Below are positions 20,823-31,600 of a stretch of 32,000 nt of DNA, in pieces. Position numbers and translations under genes: made by a program. This DNA is from Prochlorococcus marinus subsp. pastoris str. CCMP1986 (lineage in GTDB: Bacteria; Cyanobacteriota; Cyanobacteriia; PCC-6307; Cyanobiaceae), in contig NC_005072.1 in NCBI RefSeq assembly GCF_000011465.1, forward strand, positions 1,020,001 through 1,052,000, written 5' to 3'. The notes beneath the pieces were generated by a model. The model saw only the letters and a program-made list of their open reading frames with translations. It was not told the origin of the DNA and made no database searches. Numbering within the stretch: the stretch's first letter is position 1; each line of letters opens with the position of its first letter.

Positions 20823-21718
20823 CCAGCGTGATAACTACTTCTAACTAAAGGGCCACAAGATACTTTTTTAAACCCTAATTTACTACAAAAACTTTTTAGG
20901 TATTCAAACTCCTTTGGTGCCCAATATTTCTTAACAGATAAATGCTTTAATGAAGGTCTTAGATATTGTCCAATTGTGATTTGATTACAATCCACTTTTT
21001 TTAGATCGAGAATCGTAGTTTCTATTTCTTTTAACGTTTCTCCTAAACCCAACATTATTCCTGATTTTGTTTGAATATTAGGAGCAATAGACTTTGCTTT
21101 TTCTAATAAGCCTATTGAATTTTTATAGTTAGCACCTCTTCGAACTTCTTTTTGAAGCCTTTCAACTGTCTCAAGATTATGATTAAAACAAATTGGCCTT
21201 TGTTCTAGAATTTTTTTAAGTCTATCTTTTTGAAGTTTATCTTTATCTTCAAAAGATTTTCCACCTCCCCATAAATCAGGAGTAAGAACTTCTATTTGAA
21301 TCTTTGGATCAATTTTTCTAATCTGATTAATCGTTGAGACAAATAAATTAGCTCCATGATCGGGAAGGTCGTCTCTGGCTACTGATGTAAGTACAACATA
21401 TTTTAAGTTTAGAATTTTTACTGCTTCTGCGACTTGAATACTTTCATATTTATTTATTTCACTAGGTTTACCTTTGTTTACCTGGCAGAAAGCGCAGGCA
21501 CGAGAACAAATTGATCCTCCAAGTAAAAAAGTAGCAGTACCTGAGGCATAACATTCGGCCCTATTAGGACATCTCCCTTCTTCACAAATTGTATGTATAT
21601 TTGACTTTCTAATAAGTCTTTGCATTTTCTCAAATTCCGAAGCTTTGCTAATAGGAAACTTTATCCAAGAAGGAAGCCTTAAAATTTTTTCTACTTTCAT
21701 CTGATTTTTATTTTTCAT
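20819..21718 (-). CDS. lipA: Lipoyl synthase
   Basis: 299 aa. CEEGRCPNRAECYASGTATFLLGGSICSRACAFCQV shows both Cys motifs; TSVARDDLPDHGANLF. Confidence 0.96.
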   Translation of the reverse strand: MKNKNQMKVEKILRLPSWIKFPISKASEFEKMQRLIRKSNIHTICEEGRCPNRAECYASGTATFLLGGSICSRACAFCQVNKGKPSEINKYESIQVAEAVKILNLKYVVLTSVARDDLPDHGANLFVSTINQIRKIDPKIQIEVLTPDLWGGGKSFEDKDKLQKDRLKKILEQRPICFNHNLETVERLQKEVRRGANYKNSIGLLEKAKSIAPNIQTKSGIMLGLGETLKEIETTILDLKKVDCNQITIGQYLRPSLKHLSVKKYWAPKEFEYLKSFCSKLGFKKVSCGPLVRSSYHAG

Positions 21719-21720
21719 TT

Positions 21721-22320
21721 TTAAATTAAATTTGTTCTTCCTTCTAAGGCTCTTGCTAAAGTAACTTCATCTACATATTCAAGTTCACTCCCCATAGGAA
21801 GACCATAGGCAATTCTAGTAACCTTAGTAAAAGGAGTTAGTAATTTTCCAATGTAAAGACTTGTAGTATCTCCTTCAACACTTGGAGTAAGTGCCAGTAT
21901 TATTTCATCAATATCTGATTTACTAACTCTCTCTACTAGACTTCTTATCTCTAATAATTCTGGACTAATTGAATCCATAGGAGAAATCAACCCCCCAATA
22001 ACATGATATGTGCCTTTAAACTCCCTTGATCGCTCTAAAGCCAGTAAATCTTTAGTTTCTGCTACTACGCAAATTATCTTTTGATTCCTCTCAGTATTTC
22101 TACATATTTCACATTCTTCTTCTGAAGTTAAATTAAAACATTTTTTACAATGACCAACATTACTATGTGCCTCTAATAATGCTTTAGAAAAATCTCTAAT
22201 ACTACTTTCAGGTTGTTTTAAAATAAATAATGCTAATCTTTGAGCTGTTCTTGGACCTATTCCGGGAAATTTCTCAAAATGACCAATTAATTTTGAAAGT
22301 GGTTTGGTAAAAGTTATCAA
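21721..22320 (-). CDS. recR: Recombination protein RecR
   Basis: 199 aa. [21 protein letters not shown]4-type cluster [16 protein letters not shown], toprim segment [14 protein letters not shown]. Confidence 0.97.
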   Translation of the reverse strand: MITFTKPLSKLIGHFEKFPGIGPRTAQRLALFILKQPESSIRDFSKALLEAHSNVGHCKKCFNLTSEEECEICRNTERNQKIICVVAETKDLLALERSREFKGTYHVIGGLISPMDSISPELLEIRSLVERVSKSDIDEIILALTPSVEGDTTSLYIGKLLTPFTKVTRIAYGLPMGSELEYVDEVTLARALEGRTNLI

Positions 22321-22425
22321 GATTAAAATTCCTCTAGAAACAATTTAGACGTATATTTTGAAATTGGATATATTTGTTTGCTTTTAATGTCTTATTATAT
22401 TTTTAGTTAATAATTTCTAACAACA

Positions 22426-22983
22426 ATGAAAAATATGAAAATTAACCCTTTTAAAAATTTATTATTAATAATTTTATGTCTTGCATTAAGTGCATGCAGT
22501 GGAGGAATAAATGCAGGATTAGAGGCTTATCAGAGTCCCGATGGTAGATATGCCTTTTTATATCCAACAGGTTGGACAAGAGTAAAAGTAGATGGGGGTC
22601 CTGAAATTATTTACCACGATCTAATTAATAGTAATGAGACTTTAAGCTTGGTGATATCAGATGTAAATAAAGAAGTCGAATTAGAGCAACTAGGGGATCC
22701 AAAAGAAGTTGGACAAACATTAATAACTAAGGTCATTGCGCCTGAGGGTTCAGGAAGATCAGTAAAACTTATTGATGCTAAAAAGAGAGAAGCATCTAAT
22801 CATATTTTTTATGATCTAGAGTATGAATTAAATCTTAATGAACAAGATAGGCATGAACTTGCTACTGTCGTAATCGACAGAGGAACTTTATATACTTTTG
22901 CCGTCGGAACAAATGAAGAGAGATGGAATAAAGTTGACAGTATGTTTACTAATGTTATCGAGTCTTTTAACTTCTTAATTTAG
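22426..22983 (+). CDS. PsbP-family (photosystem II / CyanoP-like) lipoprotein
   Basis: 185 aa. Lipobox-like LALSACSGG, YQSPDGRYAFLYPTGWTRVKVDGGPEIIYHDLIN, FNFLI end. Confidence 0.88.
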   Translation: MKNMKINPFKNLLLIILCLALSACSGGINAGLEAYQSPDGRYAFLYPTGWTRVKVDGGPEIIYHDLINSNETLSLVISDVNKEVELEQLGDPKEVGQTLITKVIAPEGSGRSVKLIDAKKREASNHIFYDLEYELNLNEQDRHELATVVIDRGTLYTFAVGTNEERWNKVDSMFTNVIESFNFLI

Positions 22984-23001
22984 TTTTTGAAAAGATATTT
23001 T

Positions 23002-24774
23002 CTAAATTCCTACCTGAACATTCCACAAATCTGAATATACATTTTTATTGTTTAGCAAAAAATCATGTTTTCCGCTTTCAATAATTTTGCCTTTATCAAT
23101 AACAATAATATTATCAGCGTTTTTAATTGTACTTAATCTATGAGCTATGACTATAGTTGTTCTTTCTTTAGTTATTTTAGATAATGATTTCTGAATTAAA
23201 ACTTCTGTCTCGTTATCAACTGAAGCAGTAGCCTCATCTAAGATCAATATAGGAGCATCTTTTAGTACTGCTCTTGCTAAAGCTATTCTCTGGCGTTGTC
23301 CTCCAGAAAGTCTTTGTCCCCTTTCCCCAACGATTGTTTTATAACCATCCGGTAATTGTTCAATAAATTTATGAGCTTCAGCAATTTTAGATGCTTTTAC
23401 AATATCTTTAATTTTTGAACTAGTTGCCCCGTAGGCAATATTTTCCTCGACAGTTCCATGAAATAAATAAGTTTCTTGACTTACTAGAGAAATGCATTTT
23501 CTTAAGTCTTTTAAATTAATATCTTTTATTGGTATGTTATCCAAAAATATTAAACCATTATTACTATCATAAATTCTCAGAAGAAGTTTAATAATTGTAC
23601 TTTTGCCAGAACCAGTTAATCCAACAATTCCTAATGTAGAGTTATTCTGAATTTCAAAAGTTATGTTTTTTAATGTTGAATCTCTACCTGGATAATTAAA
23701 ATTTACATTTTCAAATCTAACATCGCCTTTTATCTTTTTAGAGCTAATTTTTATTTTGCCATCTTTTATTTTTATAGGGGTATCGATAAGATCTATTACT
23801 CTATTTATTGATGCCATTGAGCGTTGAAAATCATCTAAAACATGACCTAGAGTAGTCAAAGGCCATAACAATCTTTGAGTAATAAAGACTAAAAAACTAT
23901 ATGTTCCTACATCAAGTACCTTATTCCAGGTTTGAAAACCTCCAATAAGTAAAATTGCTATAAAAGCAAATAAAATAGCAAATCTTATTAGTGGAATAAA
24001 AGCAGATGATAATTTTATTGCTGCTTTATTACTTCTTTGATATGCAAGGCTTTCTTTATTTAGTCTATTTAGCTCCCAATTCTCTTTAGTAAAGCTCTTA
24101 ATCGTAAGTATCCCACTTAAATTATTATTTAATCTTGAAGCCAAAAGACCTGCTTTATTCCTGACATCTTTATATTTTGGAGAGAGCTTTCTTTGGAATC
24201 TTATTGATCCAAGAAATATTAAAGGGATAGGTAAGAAAGCAAATAATGCGATTTTGGGCGCAACAAAGATCATAGTCCCCCCAATAATTAAAACAGTAAT
24301 AAATAATTGAATAAGTTGATTAGCGCCTTGATCAAGAAACCTCTCGAGTTGATTTACATCATCATTTAATATCGAAAGTAGTCTTCCCGTATTATCGTTT
24401 TCAAAGAAAGCCATATCTAGTTCTTGAATATGCTTATAAGCCTTTATTCTCAATTTATGTTGTGATATTTGGGCTAAATTTCTCCATAAAACTGAGTATA
24501 AATATTCAAAGAAAGATTCTGCTGACCACACTATCCCAGAAGCAAATGCAAGAAATATTAATTGGTTTGGCACTTCCTTTATTCCTAAACTAGCAATCCA
24601 AGAATTCTGTTCTTTTACTACAATATCTACAGCAAGCCCAATAATTACTGGAGGAGCTAAATCTAAGATTTTATTTATTATTGAACTTAAAAAAGCAAAT
24701 AAAATTAGACTCCTTTCCTCTCTTAAATTTAGATAAAGCCTAACTATAGGATTTTTATTATTTATTAATCTCAT
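23002..24774 (-). CDS. ABC transporter, fused permease and ATPase (multidrug/lipid exporter type)
   Basis: 590 aa. N-terminal TM domain. Walker A GLTGSGKSTI, signature LSGGQRQRIALARAVLKDAPILILDEATASVD, H-loop IAHRLST. Confidence 0.95.
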   Translation of the reverse strand: MRLINNKNPIVRLYLNLREERSLILFAFLSSIINKILDLAPPVIIGLAVDIVVKEQNSWIASLGIKEVPNQLIFLAFASGIVWSAESFFEYLYSVLWRNLAQISQHKLRIKAYKHIQELDMAFFENDNTGRLLSILNDDVNQLERFLDQGANQLIQLFITVLIIGGTMIFVAPKIALFAFLPIPLIFLGSIRFQRKLSPKYKDVRNKAGLLASRLNNNLSGILTIKSFTKENWELNRLNKESLAYQRSNKAAIKLSSAFIPLIRFAILFAFIAILLIGGFQTWNKVLDVGTYSFLVFITQRLLWPLTTLGHVLDDFQRSMASINRVIDLIDTPIKIKDGKIKISSKKIKGDVRFENVNFNYPGRDSTLKNITFEIQNNSTLGIVGLTGSGKSTIIKLLLRIYDSNNGLIFLDNIPIKDINLKDLRKCISLVSQETYLFHGTVEENIAYGATSSKIKDIVKASKIAEAHKFIEQLPDGYKTIVGERGQRLSGGQRQRIALARAVLKDAPILILDEATASVDNETEVLIQKSLSKITKERTTIVIAHRLSTIKNADNIIVIDKGKIIESGKHDFLLNNKNVYSDLWNVQVGI

Positions 24775-24784
24775 TGTTGTTTTA

Positions 24785-25063
24785 TTATAATTTAAAATTT
24801 TTCTTAGTTTCTAACTTACATTCATTAATTGAATTTTGATGACTAGTACCTTTTCTAAATTTTTCTAAGTAGCAATTACAAGTACCTTTAGCAATTTCTT
24901 CGTCATAATTTAAATTCGCTTTTAACATTTCCAACTTAAAACTTTCAATACAAAACAAATTTATAATTGAATTATTTTTTGTATCTGCTAAATATTCAGA
25001 ATTTAAAAATCCGAACAAAAGAAAAAAACTTCCTAGAACAAAATGTTTTGTAATAGAACTCAT
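24785..25063 (-). CDS. Small conserved hypothetical, predicted exported, Cys-containing
   Basis: 92 aa. Hydrophobic N-terminus and three cysteines after it (two in a CNC triplet). Fits the gap between the ABC transporter and deaD on the same strand. Confidence 0.6.
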   Translation of the reverse strand: MSSITKHFVLGSFFLLFGFLNSEYLADTKNNSIINLFCIESFKLEMLKANLNYDEEIAKGTCNCYLEKFRKGTSHQNSINECKLETKKNFKL

Positions 25064-25072
25064 GATCCAAAA

Positions 25073-26851
25073 TTAATTCCTTATTCTTAAATTTTTTAGT
25101 TTGTTCTTAACTTCACCATGTAAATCTCTTGGTAAATCTACCAAGCTGTACTCATTAAATATTTGTATCTTTCCAATCAATCTTCCATTAATATTTGTAG
25201 ACGTACAAATAGAAGAAATAATATTTGCTACTCTAACTCTGTCCATTTTGCCAAAATTAAATTTATAGGTTTCAAAAGAATCATTTTGATAATTATTTCT
25301 TCTATTTGTATTTCTCATACGATTATTTCCATTTCTATTTGATCTATTACGATCAGAATTATTTTGTCTATAAAGCCAAGACTCGTCTTCGTTAATAAAG
25401 AAAGATTTATTACCTATTGCTAAATTAATAGCTGCCATTGCTATATTTGAATCTTCCATAGAATGCTTTTCTCTTAGGGTATCCAGAATATCGATCATCA
25501 AAGCTTTTTTTTCTTCATTATTTTCCTGATCTAAAGAACTTTCATTCAAATTTGTAATTAATTTACCCATTCTTTTTTCATTAATTATTTTATTATTAGG
25601 TATCTCGATTTCTTCTATTTTATTTCTTGTTGAATTTTCTAAATTCCTAAGAAAATGTTTTTCTCTTTGATTTACAAATAAAATTGCTTCCCCAGACCTA
25701 CCTGCCCTCCCTGTTCTACCGATTCTATGAGTATATGTTTCCTTATCAAAAGGAAAATCGTAATTAATAACGAGTTTAATCCTTTCAACATCTAGGCCTC
25801 TAGCAGCGACATCAGTTGCAACAAGAATATCAATAAATCCTTTTTTTAATCTATCAACTGTATTTTCTCTTTGATTTTGTGGGATGTCACCATTAAGAAC
25901 AGCTACACTATGACCTGAGTTTTCTAGAGCTTCCGCAATTGAGGTAGTAAGTAATTTAGTCCTTACAAATATTATTACTCCTTCATTCGTTATTTCTAAT
26001 ATTCTTTTTAGAGCATCTAACTTATGGTGCCTTTGAACATTAATATATTTTTGAGTAATTAATTGAGTTTCTTGTTTAACGCTTTTAATAAGTATTTCAG
26101 CTGGTTCATTTAGATATTTTTTTGCTATGTTTCTTATCTCATTTGGCATTGTTGCAGAGAACAAAACCATTTGTTTATTTTCTGGAAGTTTATCTATAAT
26201 CCATTCAATATCTTCAAGAAATCCCATTTTTAACATTTCATCTGCTTCATCAAGAACAAGACAACTTATGTTATTGATCTTAAAAGTTCCTTGTCTTATA
26301 TGATCCATTATTCTTCCAGGAGTTCCAACGACAATGTCTGTCTTTCTTTTAAGTGATGAGATTTGATTCCTAAAATCAGTTCCTCCATATATTGCTAATG
26401 TCCTTAAATTAGTTGATTCAGCACTATAACTTTTAAAAGAATCTGCAACTTGAGTAGCCAACTCTCTTGTTGGGGTCATAACCAAAACTTTAGCGTTTGA
26501 TTCTTTATTATTTTCAAGCTTTTCTATTAATGGGAGAGCAAAGGCTGCTGTTTTACCTGTACCAGTCTGAGCTTGTCCTAACAAATCTCTTCCAAGCATT
26601 AATTCTGGAATTGCTGCTTTTTGTATAGGTGTAGGAGTTTTATATCCTTTACTTTCTAATGAATTTAATATTAATTTATTAAACCCAAAGCAAGCAAATC
26701 CATTATCAAGATCCTCTTCTTTAAAAGAAATTTCATCTTCGGTAACTTCTAATTTTTGTTCTGATTGAATTGAAGGATTATTAGAAATATTTTCTACCCC
26801 CAAATTATCGTCATTTTTTTCTACTAATTGATTGTCTTTATTTGAAGCCAT
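25073..26851 (-). CDS. deaD: DEAD-box ATP-dependent RNA helicase with C-terminal RNA-binding domain (CsdA/DeaD type)
   Basis: 592 aa. GQAQTGTGKTAAF, LVLDEADEML, SATMP, HRIGRTGRAGRSG, and a DbpA-like C-terminal domain INGRLIGKIQIFNEYSLVDLP. Confidence 0.95.
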   Translation of the reverse strand: MASNKDNQLVEKNDDNLGVENISNNPSIQSEQKLEVTEDEISFKEEDLDNGFACFGFNKLILNSLESKGYKTPTPIQKAAIPELMLGRDLLGQAQTGTGKTAAFALPLIEKLENNKESNAKVLVMTPTRELATQVADSFKSYSAESTNLRTLAIYGGTDFRNQISSLKRKTDIVVGTPGRIMDHIRQGTFKINNISCLVLDEADEMLKMGFLEDIEWIIDKLPENKQMVLFSATMPNEIRNIAKKYLNEPAEILIKSVKQETQLITQKYINVQRHHKLDALKRILEITNEGVIIFVRTKLLTTSIAEALENSGHSVAVLNGDIPQNQRENTVDRLKKGFIDILVATDVAARGLDVERIKLVINYDFPFDKETYTHRIGRTGRAGRSGEAILFVNQREKHFLRNLENSTRNKIEEIEIPNNKIINEKRMGKLITNLNESSLDQENNEEKKALMIDILDTLREKHSMEDSNIAMAAINLAIGNKSFFINEDESWLYRQNNSDRNRSNRNGNNRMRNTNRRNNYQNDSFETYKFNFGKMDRVRVANIISSICTSTNINGRLIGKIQIFNEYSLVDLPRDLHGEVKNKLKNLRIRN

Positions 26852-26858
26852 TAAAATA

Positions 26859-26879
26859 CCTGATTATCTACTGATCAGG
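26859..26879 (-). promoter_or_regulatory. Candidate hairpin in the deaD leader that pairs the Shine-Dalgarno
   Basis: Minus-strand RNA CCTGAT-CAGTAGATA-ATCAGG-TATTTTA-ATG. Perfect 6-bp stem, 9-nt loop; the AGG in the 3' arm sits 7 nt before the deaD ATG. Confidence 0.4.
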
Positions 26880-26988
26880 CATTCAACATTTATCTAAAGA
26901 ATATTAAATTGTTGACTAGCCTTTCAGATCCGAATCACTAATCTAACATCTGGAGGTAAAGATAAATCTGATTTCACGAAATAAAAAC

Positions 26989-28677
26989 TTAATTAAGAAA
27001 ATAAATATCCAGAAAATTCTTTGCTCTTGTAATTGCGGTATATAGTAATCTCTTTTCATAACTATCTCTAAAGAAAATTAATTTGCTTTCTTTCAGATCT
27101 TCCTTATAATTGTTAATTTGAGATTTTTGGGTCCACAAAATACTTACTTTTTCAGATTCGCTTCCTTGAGATTTATGAATAGTGATAGCAATTGCTGGCA
27201 CGACGTTATCAAGAGTTGATGGTTCAATAAAGTCAACTACAAGATCGTTATTATCATTAAATTTCCTAAATAGAAATTTCCGGTTTTCATTTTTTCCTAT
27301 TAAGACTCCAATATCTCCATTTGAAATTCCGAGTTCGTTATTATTTTCAGTACACATTATGGGGATCCCTTCTTCAAGGCTAGTAAAGTCATAAGGTTTT
27401 CTCTGGCCTAAAACGATATCATTTATATTCTCAACGCTCCATGTCCCAGTATTCTTCTCACAAAGGATAAGGTGACTTTGTAAATCTGTAAAAATATTAT
27501 TTATTAAGTCTTTTTCATGGCTCATTAAATCTCTAAATGTTTTTTGAAAGATATATTCTTTTTTACTTAAGTTTGATGTTGAAATTCGTAATTTATTAAT
27601 GTAATCTTTAATTTCATTTAATAATCCTAGAGGAATATTCTTATTAATGCTTTTTAAGATATTAACTTCTTTTGATTTTTTATCATTTTCTAATTCTTTT
27701 ATCTTTTTCTTAAATAAGGAATCTGTAGGATTAAAAATAAGATTACTAAGTAATTCAATATCCCCACTATTTCTATAAGTTTTATTGAGATTTACTATAC
27801 AAGATTTGATTACCTCATTATTAGAATATTCGAATAAATAATTCCATATAGAGGAATTTTTTACTGGAGGTAATTGATTTTTATCACCAACTAGGATTAT
27901 TTTACAATCTTTAGCTAATAAATCTAAAATCAATTCAATAATATCAATATTTACCATTGACATTTCATCAATAATAAAAATATCTAATTCCTTTAATTTA
28001 AATTTTAATTTAATAGCTTTATGTTCAGAATAAAAAATCCATTTATGTAAAGTTTGACATTCTATTTGATCAAGACTTTTACTAAAAATTATATCTTTTT
28101 GTTCATTAAGAGATTCTTTTAGTCTAGAGGTGGCTTTTCCAGTAGGTGCTGCGAGTCCTATATTTAAAAAACGGTCACTTTTTAAAGAATTTAATATAAA
28201 GTTTATAATTAAAGTTGTTTTGCCTGTTCCTGGTCCTCCTTGCAGAAATACTAAATTTGAACTTTTAAAAATATTTTTAATTTGATGAAGTTTATTATCA
28301 TCATTTATTTTTATGGGGATTTTATCTATTTTCTTTAAGAAAATATTTATAACTCTATTTATCTTTCCAGACCATTTTGCTAATGATAATTTCCTATCAC
28401 TAAATATAAATGGGGAATTAAAGGAGTTTAACAATCCTAAATCTTTGAGAACTTTTAAATGTTCATTAGGCCATCCATCTTTTAATAAATCAAATAATAT
28501 TAACCTTTTATCAACTTCTACAATAGTTTCACCATTTTTCTCAAATTCTAATAATATTTTTAAAGTATCTTTTACGAAATCTCCATCTTTTATTTCATTA
28601 AATCCAAAAATATCCTGGAGGAGATTAAATATATGATTATATTGAAATGCTTCTATATCCAAATTAGTATGATTCAT
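26989..28677 (-). CDS. recD: Exodeoxyribonuclease V alpha subunit
   Basis: 562 aa. GGPGTGKTTLIINF, FIIDEMSMVN, VGDKNQLPPV, AITIHKSQGSE, and LLYTAITRAK. Confidence 0.93.
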   Translation of the reverse strand: MNHTNLDIEAFQYNHIFNLLQDIFGFNEIKDGDFVKDTLKILLEFEKNGETIVEVDKRLILFDLLKDGWPNEHLKVLKDLGLLNSFNSPFIFSDRKLSLAKWSGKINRVINIFLKKIDKIPIKINDDNKLHQIKNIFKSSNLVFLQGGPGTGKTTLIINFILNSLKSDRFLNIGLAAPTGKATSRLKESLNEQKDIIFSKSLDQIECQTLHKWIFYSEHKAIKLKFKLKELDIFIIDEMSMVNIDIIELILDLLAKDCKIILVGDKNQLPPVKNSSIWNYLFEYSNNEVIKSCIVNLNKTYRNSGDIELLSNLIFNPTDSLFKKKIKELENDKKSKEVNILKSINKNIPLGLLNEIKDYINKLRISTSNLSKKEYIFQKTFRDLMSHEKDLINNIFTDLQSHLILCEKNTGTWSVENINDIVLGQRKPYDFTSLEEGIPIMCTENNNELGISNGDIGVLIGKNENRKFLFRKFNDNNDLVVDFIEPSTLDNVVPAIAITIHKSQGSESEKVSILWTQKSQINNYKEDLKESKLIFFRDSYEKRLLYTAITRAKNFLDIYFLN

Positions 28678-28678
28678 T

Positions 28679-31600
28679 CTAAAAAAGTTTATCTAAATAA
28701 TTAATTCTATTTATAGGAGCCTGGCCAATAAAAACTCCTGGAGAAATATCTTTCTCAACAGATTTTTCAAACAACTTTTTGTCAGGCAATCCCTTTAAAA
28801 ATAAATATACATATCCTCCAAGATGAAGATTAGGTTGATAATTTTTTAATCTCCACTTTAATAATCTATGTAATGCCAATAGATAAAGATGAGATTGCAA
28901 TGGATAATGATGTTTAATCATTTCTTCTTTCATATTTTCATAGTTATAGTTTCCAGGTAAACAATCACTATTTTCGCTTCCAGAAATAAAATTACTTTTC
29001 CAATCGATTACCCACCATTTACTATCCTCTAACTTATTACCAATAGGGACTACACAGTCAATACAACCTGAGTGAAAACCTTTATTTAGAATTTGTAGAT
29101 CATTAATTTTGTTTGAGTAGCTTTTACCAAATTCAAATTCTTGATCCAATAGAAAGCATTTGGAAATATCATATGAATTAATATTTTTTCCATTATAAGA
29201 AAGTGTTAAATTGTACTTAACCTCTTTTAGAATATTATTTGAAGGGATATCAATTAATTTTTTATTTAATAATTTCCTTCCAAGCGAGACGTTAATGATT
29301 CGCAATATACCTTCTCTTACATTTAATGCTAAAGAAGAATCAATTTGAAAGAAATTTAGTTCTTCATTAATTAAATCAAGTAATTTATCGGTGTTATCAT
29401 TTTGAAAATCAAATCTCTCTATTATTTTATGCAAACATGTACCAGCAATAGTACCTTTAGGAAAATCACTTAAGGGATTGGAGAGAGTTAAGTATTTGGG
29501 ACAATTTTTTGATTTTTCTAAATTAGTATCTTGGGAATTATTAAGAATTGAGATATTATCCTCATAATCCTTGTATTGATTGGAAGCATAGTCTGTTTTT
29601 TTTTCTTTACTAATCCATGAGGAATAACTTGAGAAAGAAATAACTTCTTCAGAAGGAATAGGTTTTTTTGTATTAACTTTATTTATTTTCCAAAGATTAT
29701 TCTTCAAACCAATAAAATTAAACTTATTAGAAATTTCTCTAATATTTATTGCCGCTATTTTATGTTCAATTTTAGATTTATGAAAATTAATATTTTCTAG
29801 GTTAGGTAACAAATCATTATTAATAATATTATTTGTATTATTAATATCATTAAAGATAATGAGCTTATATTTACTCCTGGTAAGAGCCACATAAATCAAT
29901 CTTTCACTTTCATTAAATAAATCTCTTTCTTCTATTAATTTAAAATCTTCTACCTTACTGTAATTATTAGAAATATTGATATAGATAGACCTATCCAAAT
30001 TTGATTTCCAGATTGGACCTTTGGTTTTATTTGATTTATTGGAAATAGTAGATAAGTAGGGACATAAAACTATTTCATATTCAAGTCCCTTACTATTATG
30101 AATTGTCGAAAGATTAATTCCATTTTGAAGATTATAATCTTTCGTAAAATAATCCTCTCCAGTACAACTCCTTAAAGAATTATCTAATTGGTTTAGATAC
30201 CACTTAAATACTTTATTTAGATTAAAGTCATTATTCATTAATTCTATTTCAATTATTTCTGACAATTGAAATAAATTCGAGTATAAATCTGCATCAAATA
30301 TAATTGAGGATGACTTGTAATTAATAATGAGTTCATTAACAAGGGTTAAAAATCCTTTCTCTTTTAATTCCAAAGACCATGAAATACATTGATTAGTTAA
30401 AATTTCAATTTTTTTACTAATTTGATGATCAATTAATTCTGCCATATCCATTTCTATAAATTTAGAAGTAGCCAACAAACTTATATTCCTATAACGCCTT
30501 GGATATAATATAGATTCAATAAATAAGACTAATAGAGTACTGGCTTCAGTATCAAAGATATTTTTTTTATTTTTAATCTGGCACGGTATATTTAACTTTA
30601 TTAATTTATTTTTTAATTCTAAACATTGGGAATTATACAAGGTAAGAATTGAAATTTTATTAATATCAATTTCATTATTATTTAAAAGAAAACTAACTAT
30701 ATATTTAGTGACAAGATCTTCAATATCAACTTCTTTGCTTGAAAATTCTACAATTTCAAATACATTCTTAAAATCAAATTTATGATTAAAACTTTTATTA
30801 AGTTTAGAGTTTAAATTATTATATTCAAGTTTTGACTCTCTAAGACCATTTTTATATAGATTATTAATAACATCAAGTAATTTATTTGAAGATCTAAAGT
30901 TATTTGTAAGACTAAAAACTTCAATCGCATCAGATTTAGCCTCTAAATAAGTTTCAATATCTCCACCTCTAAATTTATAAATAGCCTGCTTTGGATCTCC
31001 AACGCAAAGTAAAAAGTGATTATTTGTATAAAAGAATTTTTTTATTATGCTCCACTGAATATTATCTGTATCTTGAAACTCATCCACTAGAACACATTTA
31101 AATCTATTTTGAATTTCTGAAAGACTTTTATCATTGGTAAGATCTGATCCTAGATATTTTTTCTCAACAGTCTTTATAAGATCATTAAAATTAAAAATAG
31201 ATAAACTTCTTTTTAAGGTAATTAGTTTTATATTAGCTAATTGAATAAATATTCTTACAAATTCAGTATAAAAACCTTCTTTAATTTTATAAATTTTATC
31301 TTGAAGTAATTTAAAACTACTAAAATCTAGACTAAGATCAAATTTATTAATTTCTTTATTGATATTTTTATTATAAAAATATTTAAATAAAAGATCTTCA
31401 TTTAAAATCTCATATAAAAGTTGACTTATATCTTCTGAATTAAGTCTTTTATTAATATCTTCTATCCATTCAGTTATTTGATTAAACTTATTGTTTCTTG
31501 GCTTGGACGAATATACCTGACTTTTGCATCCAATTTCCTTTATTAATTTCCCTAATGAAATAAGTTTAAGGTATAATTCCTCCCCATTATTATTCCATTC

